This document shows positions 17,817 through 24,000 of a stretch of DNA of 24,000 bases, one piece after another. The DNA comes from Lactobacillus phage Iacchus. The stretch is taken from sequence record MH809529.1. One strand, given 5' to 3'. Numbering within the stretch: position 1 is the stretch's first letter; every line of letters begins with the position of its first letter. Made by a program: the position numbers and the translations under genes. The notes beneath the pieces were generated by a model. That model was not told where the DNA came from. It did no database searches and worked only from the letters and a program-made list of their open reading frames with translations.

Positions 17817-17888
17817 TACTCGTAGGTGGGTTCGAACCACCGACCCCTCAATTATAAGTTGAATGCTCTGCCTCTGAGCTATACGAGT
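17817..17888 (-). tRNA. tRNA-Ile(UAU)
   Basis: anticodon arm TTCAA-CTTATAA-TTGAG, GGTGG-TTCGAAC-CCACC T arm. Confidence 0.88.
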
Positions 17889-17913
17889 GTATTTATATGA
17901 ATAATGCTGTTAA

Positions 17914-18001
17914 CACTCTTAGTAGGATTTGAACCTACATCGTTAAGTAGATTTGCTACTTACCGGGTATTCCGGCCACACTACCATTGTGCTATAAGAG
18001 T
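17914..18001 (-). tRNA. tRNA-like gene with two hairpins in the anticodon/variable region
   Basis: ACTCTTA/TAAGAGT acceptor, GTAGG-TTCAAAT-CCTAC T arm, central CCGG-AATAC-CCGG and TAAGTAG-CAAAT-CTACTTA hairpins. Confidence 0.6.
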
Positions 18002-18043
18002 AAATTATGAAGGATGCCACCCGCAAGCTGGTGTATCCTTCAA

Positions 18044-18116
18044 TGCCTCCCGTTGGACTTGAACCAGCGACCTTCCCCGCTTCAAGGGGACGCTCTACCT
18101 ACTGAGCTAGAGGGGC
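18044..18116 (-). tRNA. tRNA-Phe(GAA)
   Basis: anticodon arm TCCCC-TTGAAGC-GGGGA. Confidence 0.9.
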
Positions 18117-18159
18117 ATATTAAGTGGCTAGGAAGACTTGTAGAAGGAACCACTAATAA

Positions 18160-18272
18160 TAGTTGTTACACAAGAGGAGCTCGTGTCAGGTGGTCGGCCT
18201 TATCTTATGCACCCCGCTAATAAGCGGGCGTCAACAACTATTCCTTTAGTCTCATTTTCAATACCCCGACCA
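18160..18272 (-). ncRNA. candidate structured RNA of unknown family within the tRNA cluster
   Basis: nested/adjacent perfect stems: ATAGTTGTT/AACAACTAT (9 bp), CCCGC-TTATTA-GCGGG, CACGAG-CTCCT-CTTGTG, and 7-bp TGGTCGG/CCGACCA. Confidence 0.4.
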
Positions 18273-18317
18273 GGAGGTAGAGACATCAATATTTTGCCTT
18301 TTTGAAAGGGGTGGCAA

Positions 18318-18390
18318 TGTGTCCTGACAGAATCGGACTGTCATCTACGGTTTAGGAGACCATTATTCTATCCAATTGAACTAAAGACAC
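18318..18390 (-). tRNA. tRNA-Arg(CCU)
   Basis: anticodon arm ATGGT-CTCCTAA-ACCGT. Confidence 0.88.
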
Positions 18391-18485
18391 ATATAGGAGG
18401 TATACCCCCTATAGAGTAATAACAACAACATATCACTTAGTTAATTAAAAAATAAAATTACCAACTATAGCTTATTAGTTAGTAA

Positions 18486-18557
18486 TGCGTCCTGACAGAA
18501 TCGAACTGTCATCGTAGAGGTAGAGGCTCCATGTCTTATCCATTAGACCAAAGACGC
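18486..18557 (-). tRNA. tRNA-Arg(UCU)-like with C at position 33
   Basis: GCGTCTT/AGGACGC acceptor, anticodon arm TGGAG-CCTCTAC-CTCTA. Confidence 0.75.
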
Positions 18558-18598
18558 TTGATATAGGCTAACTTGGTTTTCGCTAACCTATACTTATT

Positions 18599-18626
18599 AT
18601 TATACCACACTTTTTAGTATTTGCAA
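18599..18626 (-). promoter_or_regulatory. promoter of the tRNA cluster
   Basis: minus strand TTGCAA-N16-TATAAT immediately upstream of the first tRNA. Confidence 0.65.
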
Positions 18627-18658
18627 CACTTTTTTAGAATTTATTTTTATTAATTTTA

Positions 18659-19147
18659 TCTAAAAGTATGCCATTTCAATCATGTATACACCTTTAGCAG
18701 TTAGACTGTTTTTGAGGCTTTAGACCCATAGATATGTCATTTAAAGCATACACATACATTTCTCAATTATCCTTCGCATGAGAGACAAACTCCAGAGGTA
18801 TGTCATTTATATCATGTACATGCCTACCGTTGAAACAGATTATCAAGACTCCTTGCTCCAAAGATATGTCATTTAGAACATTTAAATACCGTACCGGACA
18901 AGCGCCATCGTGGGAGGATAGCTCCATAGGTATGCCATTTAGAGCATGTACATACCTATTCTAAGCAATCTGCTTGAGTATTATCAGTCCCGTAGGTATG
19001 TCATTTAGAGCAGGTACCTTCACGGTATACTCTTCTAAACATTTCTATGCTCCAGAGGCATGTAATTTAGAACACGTACATACCTATTGCGTCCTGCCAT
19101 AATAGCAGCGGTGTGCTCCACAGACATGTCATTTAATGCATACCCTT
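18659..19147 (-). repeat. array 1: eight degenerate ~35-nt hairpin repeats with ~31-nt intervening sequences, CRISPR-like
   Basis: anchor motif TATGYCATTT (degenerate) at 18667, 18733, 18799, 18865, 18931, 18997, 19059, 19125: spacing 66,66,66,66,66,62,66. Confidence 0.93.
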
Positions 19148-19263
19148 CGAGGGAACTACAAGACTTGTATTTAAGGCTCTAAATATAGAGGTCTCAGTAT
19201 ATTTACCTTGCTTTTTTAATGACTTCCGCAATGGATTTACGTAATGTCATTTGCTTATGTATA
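19140..19263 (-). ncRNA. transcribed leader of array 1
   Basis: conserved with the two other leader copies; starts with hairpin GAC-A-TT-A-CGTAA-ATCCA-TTGCG-G-AA-GTC. Confidence 0.6.
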
Positions 19264-19264
19264 A

Positions 19265-19293
19265 AGAATACCATGATTGGTATTCTTTGTCAA
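19265..19293 (-). promoter_or_regulatory. array 1 promoter
   Basis: TTGACA-N17-TATTCT, inverted repeat AAAGAATACC...GGTATTCTTT. Confidence 0.75.
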
Positions 19294-19316
19294 CACTTAT
19301 TTATAATTTATTTTAA

Positions 19317-20444
19317 TTATTTTTTGAAAGCTTCATCTCTAATGTTTTTAGCCGCATTGATATCACGGTCATGAATAACACCACAGTTAGGGCACGCCCA
19401 TTCACGGTCTCCCAAAGTAAGTTTATCCGCTCCTTCTAACCGATATCCACAGTCATTGCACGTCTGAGATGAAGGATAGAATCTATCAATCTTCTTGACT
19501 TCTTTATCATACCAATCAGCCTTGTACTGTAGTTGACGAGTAAACTCATATAGTGATACATCCCCAACAGCTTTAGCTAGCTTATGGTTAGCCATCATTC
19601 CCTTAACATTCAGGTCTTCAATGGCAATTTTATCATAATTAACAATAAGATACTTGCTAATATTATGCAGATATGCCTTGCGTTGGTTTTGTAAACGTTC
19701 ATATACTTTAGCACGCTTAATCTTAGCTTTAACCCTACCCATACTACCATTTTGTTTACGGGCTAAAGCTCTATCAGCTTTAATAAGCTTCTTTTCACTC
19801 TTTTTGATAGCGTGCATATTAGAAAACTTTTTACCATCACTAGTAATGACAAAGTCTTTAATTCCCAAGTCTAATCCAATGGCTTTATCAGTGTGATAAT
19901 CAACATTCTTAAAATGGTCATCAGGTACTTCAAAGCCGATTGATACATAGTATTCACCAGACTTTGTCATTGAGACAGTTGCTGAGATAATTCGGCAATC
20001 ATCTGGTAATGGCCTATGCAGCACAATCTTAATTGGTGAAATCTTAGGAAGTTTAATATGGTCATCCTCTAGTCTAATACTTTTTTCACCTTTGTGAACT
20101 CTAGTCTTATAAGACCATGCACATTTATGATAGTTTTTAAACTTGGGGAATCCTACCTTTTGATGTTTCTTAATTCCTCTAAAGAAGTTTTGATATGCTT
20201 GGCTTAAATTTGTTCTTGCATAGTCCAAACAATTGTTATCGCAATCTTTTAAAAAGTAGTTTTCTGGCTTGTTTTTAACCCAAGTAACTAGCTTTAATTT
20301 AGACTTTCCTGTTTCTTCATATTGCTGTTTGGCATCAGCTAATAAAGCGTTATAAACAAATCTAGCTCCATTGATGTTTTTCCAAATTAGTTCTTGTTGC
20401 TCCTTATTCGGATAAATTCTATATTTATGTGCATAATTAATCAT
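19317..20444 (-). CDS. tnpB: TnpB (IS200/IS605-family OrfB), RuvC-like RNA-guided nuclease family, no adjacent tnpA
   Basis: GLDLGIKDFV (RuvC-I Asp), AIEDLNVKGM (RuvC-II Glu), SSQTCNDCGYR...WACPNCG zinc finger, HDRDINAAKNI (RuvC-III Asp). Start taken at MINYAHKYRIYPN; the ORF track start at 20507 lies in array 2. Confidence 0.93.
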   Translation of the reverse strand: MINYAHKYRIYPNKEQQELIWKNINGARFVYNALLADAKQQYEETGKSKLKLVTWVKNKPENYFLKDCDNNCLDYARTNLSQAYQNFFRGIKKHQKVGFPKFKNYHKCAWSYKTRVHKGEKSIRLEDDHIKLPKISPIKIVLHRPLPDDCRIISATVSMTKSGEYYVSIGFEVPDDHFKNVDYHTDKAIGLDLGIKDFVITSDGKKFSNMHAIKKSEKKLIKADRALARKQNGSMGRVKAKIKRAKVYERLQNQRKAYLHNISKYLIVNYDKIAIEDLNVKGMMANHKLAKAVGDVSLYEFTRQLQYKADWYDKEVKKIDRFYPSSQTCNDCGYRLEGADKLTLGDREWACPNCGVIHDRDINAAKNIRDEAFKK

Positions 20445-20502
20445 GTAATTTCCACTCTTTTCTTTTATTATTAGCCTTATTCTATAGTTATTCCAACATT
20501 GC

Positions 20503-20692
20503 TCCATAGATATATCATTTAGAGCATGTACATGCCTTTTGAGGCTTTAGTTCCATAGTTATGTCATTTCAATCATGTACATACCAATCTAACCTGGAAT
20601 CATTATTTTGATGTTGTTCCATAGATATGTCATTTATAAGTGTATACCCTCCAAGCTCCAGAAGTATGTCATACGGCTAATGCACGCCTTTC
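20503..20692 (-). repeat. array 2: four hairpin repeats with partly shortened intervals, directly upstream of tnpB
   Basis: anchors at 20511, 20560, 20626, 20665 (spacing 49, 66, 39); same repeat consensus as array 1. Confidence 0.88.
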
Positions 20693-20808
20693 AAGGGAAC
20701 TACAGAATTTGTTATAAAGTTTCTTATAATAGTGATTCCAGTATATTTACCTCGCTTTTTTAATGACTTCCGCAATGGATTTACGTATTGTCATTTGCTT
20801 ATGTATTA
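20680..20808 (-). ncRNA. transcribed leader of array 2
   Basis: near-identical to the 19.14-19.26 and 16.83-16.94 kb copies. Confidence 0.6.
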
Positions 20809-20837
20809 AGAATACCATGATTGGTATTCTTTGTCAA
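20809..20837 (-). promoter_or_regulatory. array 2 / tnpB promoter
   Basis: TTGACA-N17-TATTCT, same palindrome as the array 1 promoter. Confidence 0.75.
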
Positions 20838-20857
20838 CACTTATTTATACTTTATTT

Positions 20858-21463
20858 TTACTTGTGATTTAAGTCACCCTCAAATAAATCTTTTGAATAT
20901 AGAAGTTTGGTAGCTAGTGTAGCTACTTTAGTATTAGCTAAACTAACTTCGGCATCAACTGATTTAAGTTGGCCTTCTAATCCAGACTTCTTAATAGCAA
21001 GCAAATCAATCTGTTTCCGATAACTATTAATCTCTGAATTAACTTGAGAAATATCGTTCTTGATACGCTTAGTTTCTACCCCAGACTTAGATTTAACCTC
21101 TTGCTGGTCATCAACCGCTCGTTGTAACGCCGTAATTAGTGACCTCTTTATCGTCTCGTTCAAGTCTTCATATTCGATTCCAAAATCAACTTTAAATAAT
21201 GTTATGATGGTCCCTTTCTCAAATACAAACACTAAATCGTTTAACATATAATAATCAGACGTTGAATGGCCCTTCCCTAACTGGCCCCTAAATACAAAAT
21301 CAGCATTATCAAAGCTAGTCAAGATATCCTTAGTTACCTTATCAGAGTTGCTTACTAAATACCTTTTGATTTCTCTATCGTCAGTAATACCATTCATTCG
21401 TTCTACCCAGCGTGACTTTGCATGTTGGGATACAGTTACTTCTACAGCTTCTTCATTTGCCAT
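20858..21463 (-). CDS. hypothetical phage protein with C-terminal coiled coil
   Basis: ORF track; 201 aa. Confidence 0.75.
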   Translation of the reverse strand: MANEEAVEVTVSQHAKSRWVERMNGITDDREIKRYLVSNSDKVTKDILTSFDNADFVFRGQLGKGHSTSDYYMLNDLVFVFEKGTIITLFKVDFGIEYEDLNETIKRSLITALQRAVDDQQEVKSKSGVETKRIKNDISQVNSEINSYRKQIDLLAIKKSGLEGQLKSVDAEVSLANTKVATLATKLLYSKDLFEGDLNHK

Positions 21464-21605
21464 AATAATTACCTCTTTCCTTATTGAATAAACTTAGTTT
21501 ACTACAACCTGAGCAGGCTGTCAATATTTATTTAAGATTAATTTTATAGTCATTTATGTATTAAAAAAGAGAGCTATTATGCTCTCTTTTAAGATGGTTT
21601 TATAT

Positions 21606-22340
21606 TTAGTAATTAGTTAACGCCCATGGTGACATAGAATCGCCAGCATTGTGATATAATTTAACAGCATTGTCAATTTGTGATTGCACGCTACCTGTAC
21701 CACCATATAATTGCTGGAATAATCCCCGAGCTGTTGAGGATGGGTTAGCAGCATCAACTTGCCAGTTTGATTCACGAGTAATAATTGCATCCCATGTTGA
21801 TGCAGGGACTCCTGTGCGTGACTGCATCTGGCTCAATACTGCTTGCTTTTCACTGTCTGCTAGTGTTCCGTTAGACGTAGTTACACTAGACCCAGTATAA
21901 CTAGACTGGGATGTGCTTGAAACGCTCTGAGTAGCCTGTACAGAGCTCTGAGAAGATTGTGTGGCCTGTGAAGCTGAGCTAGAACTGGATTGTACTGGCT
22001 GGCTCACCGCTGAGCTCGATTGGCTTTCCTTGGTAGCTTGATTAGCCTGACTAACCGGTTGTGTATTTTCTTGTTTAACTTGTGCTGATTGAGTATTAAC
22101 TACCTTACCAGCTTCATTAACCTTAAGTTTATCCCCAACAAAAATAAGATTAACATTGTCTAAATTGTTATCTTTTTCAATTTGACTAACGGTCGTCCCA
22201 TTAGCTAAAGCAATTTCTGAAACGGTATCGCCAGCATTAACGGTAACGGTGGATGCTTCTGCAACCGCTCCTAATGATAAACCAGCTACTACAGCACCGA
22301 CTAAGCTAAGGGACTTGATACTTTTTCCAATTTTAATAAT
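21606..22340 (-). CDS. secreted LysM protein with C-terminal transglycosylase-like domain, apparent ATT start
   Basis: hand translation extends the 133-aa track ORF upstream: signal peptide KIGKSIKSLSLVGAVVAGLSLGAVAEA, LysM STVTVNAGDTVSEIALANGTTVSQIEKDNNLDNVNLIFVGDKLKV, then VPASTWDAIITRESNW...ARGLFQ. Confidence 0.8.
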   Translation of the reverse strand: MIKIGKSIKSLSLVGAVVAGLSLGAVAEASTVTVNAGDTVSEIALANGTTVSQIEKDNNLDNVNLIFVGDKLKVNEAGKVVNTQSAQVKQENTQPVSQANQATKESQSSSAVSQPVQSSSSSASQATQSSQSSVQATQSVSSTSQSSYTGSSVTTSNGTLADSEKQAVLSQMQSRTGVPASTWDAIITRESNWQVDAANPSSTARGLFQQLYGGTGSVQSQIDNAVKLYHNAGDSMSPWALTNY

Positions 22341-22765
22341 AAAAGACCTCTTTCTTTACTTATATTCGAGCACATACCTGTGCCCTTTCAACTTAATGTA
22401 ACCATCTTACCACAGAAACCAATACAATGGTATAACAATATGATTACAAATGTGTTACATATGCCACAATGCTGTTAAAGCCACATAGCAGCTCATACAA
22501 TGCATTATAATAAGTTATGGTATAAATACCATAGAGATGTTGTAAAACTCTCATATAGACCTATATGGAGCTCACAGACACATTGTAGAGCTAACAAACG
22601 TCTATGTGTGCTAATAAAACATCTAGTATATGTCGTTTACAAGTGTAAACCAGTGCCATACCTTAATATTAGTCCATATAAAAGCATATAAGTATACTAT
22701 TAGGGTTAACCCTTATTTGATACCATTATACTTTACTAAAAATAATGGATATTGTTCTAATGCTA

Positions 22766-22844
22766 TCAGCTGAAAAGCTGACAGCGCACGAGAGCGGTGC
22801 AGTCCGCTCGACTCAGGAGGCTGAAAGCCGGGGCTCTAGAGCCC
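22766..22844. ncRNA. dense cluster of GC-rich hairpins, candidate structured RNA or cis-acting DNA element
   Basis: TCAGCT-GAAA-AGCTGA; GCAC-GAGAGCG-GTGC; AGTC-CGCTC-GACT; GGCT-GAA-AGCC; GGGCT-CTAG-AGCCC. Confidence 0.5.
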
Positions 22845-22848
22845 AGAT

Positions 22849-22938
22849 AAGTGGTTTTCTTATCTATTATATACTTTCATATAGGATGAAGAAAACCACT
22901 TTATCAAATCAAAACCTATGTATTGAAGAAAACCACTT
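22849..22938. repeat. three copies of a 13-14 nt motif, one inverted and two direct
   Basis: AAGTGGTTTTCTT 22849-22861; GAAGAAAACCACTT 22888-22901 and 22925-22938. Confidence 0.85.
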
Positions 22939-22944
22939 CAATCC

Positions 22945-22993
22945 ACCAGCGAGCCAGCGCTGGAGCTGGTTACCTCCAAAGACCGGAGGCAAC
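22945..22993. repeat. two adjacent GC-rich hairpins
   Basis: ACCAGC...GCTGGT enclosing CCAGCGCTGG; GTT-A-CCTCC-AAAGACC-GGAGG-C-AAC. Confidence 0.7.
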
Positions 22994-23243
22994 ACATCCA
23001 TAACTTTGTGATAATAAATATTCTCAAATTGGTACTTAATTTATATAAAGTTTACACAGGGTTAGCTAAGGGCTGTAGCCCGTGCTATCACTGGGTTTTG
23101 ATGTATCCCAATCTACAGATAAATCAGTAGACTGTAATACATACAGTTCACTGAAAAAAGTCTTGTTTCACCTACTACAAACGTTTTAATATCAACGTTT
23201 ACAGCACATTGGTACCCTGTGATTACTGTTTGTTATAAATTTG

Positions 23244-23272
23244 TTGGTAATCACAGGTATCCGTGATATAAT
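23244..23272 (+). promoter_or_regulatory. plus-strand promoter with palindromic spacer
   Basis: TTGGTA-N17-TATAAT, inverted repeat ATCAC...GTGAT between the elements. Confidence 0.7.
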
Positions 23273-23301
23273 GAAGTCATAGGAAGTGAGGAATCCAACA
23301 A

Positions 23302-24000
23302 ATGGAAAACTATATAGAGAACAATATTAAGCTTATCACCAATTCAAAGGCTACTCCTTTTGCAACTCCTCTTAGGACGGTTAAAGGGCTAGTAACTGTG
23401 CTAAAAACGTTGCACCATGAAGCATTAACAAATCCTTCTCATCAGTATATAGATGAGTCAATGGTAACAATCCAGATAAGTCCAGAAGAAATTTGGAATA
23501 TTTCGCCTAGGCGCTTCAAAAAGGATTATTCACTTAATGATACTCGTAATGCAATTCGTATGTTGTCTCTCGCAGGAATGTTGGTTCCATGCACATGGAC
23601 TCTTCTTAGCTACGGTGCCAAGGATGAAAAGATGGCTATTGTCCATAAAAACAATGATGAGTCGGGCTACATTGGTTTGCCATCTGTTTATATGATTCCA
23701 GATTTATCATACTATGATAATCTTCATTGTGATAGAATAACCCGTAGTTTCAATATTAAGACACCTCTGACATACTTATCACTCAGTGCCGCCTATGACT
23801 ACAATACTGCTAATTTTGTCTATGGCAATCTAAACAACTGGGGCATCCCGTCTCCTACTGTTAACCAAGCCGAAAAGTTAGTCCATTTAGTTGATGTAAA
23901 GGGTGTAGTTACACTAGAAGAATCTAAGAAGTATCTAGTTCCGTCTAAGTTTCCCAAAGGGTATGTACCACCAACTAGCAACTCCTATTTTATTTCTCAG
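23302..24000 (+). CDS. hypothetical protein, possible winged-helix/replication-type DNA-binding protein, truncated by window end
   Basis: hand translation open for 233 codons from ATG 23302 (MENYIENNIKLITNSKATPF...YFISQ); SD-like GGAAGTGAGG upstream. Confidence 0.8.
   Translation, partial: MENYIENNIKLITNSKATPFATPLRTVKGLVTVLKTLHHEALTNPSHQYIDESMVTIQISPEEIWNISPRRFKKDYSLNDTRNAIRMLSLAGMLVPCTWTLLSYGAKDEKMAIVHKNNDESGYIGLPSVYMIPDLSYYDNLHCDRITRSFNIKTPLTYLSLSAAYDYNTANFVYGNLNNWGIPSPTVNQAEKLVHLVDVKGVVTLEESKKYLVPSKFPKGYVPPTSNSYFISQ

Noticed and set aside
18014-18220. 68-aa plus ORF (MPPASWCILQCLPLDLNQRPS...)
   Set aside because: Antisense to tRNA-Phe; classic tRNA-derived spurious ORF.
18659-19147. Calling the array a bona fide CRISPR
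   Set aside because: Period and layout fit, but repeats are too divergent internally, no cas genes or adaptation module are visible, and the origin of the spacers cannot be tested here. Reported as a repeat array instead.
20445-20507. N-terminal extension of TnpB (MEQCWNNYRIRLIIKEKSGNY)
   Set aside because: Lies over the end of array 2 and is not part of the conserved TnpB N-terminus, which starts MINYAHKYRIYPN.
22490-22600. AT-rich palindromes such as TATGGTATAAATACCATA and CTCATATAG/CTATATGGAG
   Set aside because: Short and easily expected by chance in AT-rich intergenic DNA; not periodic and not matching the array repeat.
22745-23011. 88-aa plus ORF (MDIVLMLSAEKLTAHESG...)
   Set aside because: Spans hairpin-rich DNA, has no convincing ribosome site and a low-complexity composition; likely spurious.

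Overview
This 24 kb window looks like part of a large, AT-rich Lactobacillus-type phage genome (inference from gene content and style). About 22 kb is transcribed on the minus strand as small, tightly packed accessory genes. Recognisable products are MazG-like, DUF2628-like, YopX-like, NUMOD/HNH homing endonuclease, RNA ligase, DUF3310, UvsW-like helicase, MazF/PemK-like, PnuC-like, PgpA/YutG-like, Dps-like, TnpB and a LysM-lysozyme-like secreted protein. A tRNA cluster (~16.09-18.56 kb) contains several ordinary and several structurally odd tRNAs plus unexplained structured RNA. The strand switches at ~22.4-23.3 kb, leading into a plus-strand ORF that runs off the window. The most unusual feature is a CRISPR-like but cas-less array at 18.66-19.15 kb: eight degenerate ~35-nt hairpin repeats on a near-exact 66-bp period, separated by ~31-nt sequences that share no evident similarity. 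A dedicated minus-strand promoter and a ~130-nt leader precede it. A shorter copy with the same promoter and leader lies immediately upstream of tnpB (20.50-20.84 kb), and a third, promoterless leader copy sits beside a tRNA (16.81-16.94 kb). I propose a tandem-hairpin RNA array family, possibly linked to TnpB. All functional statements are inference from sequence only.
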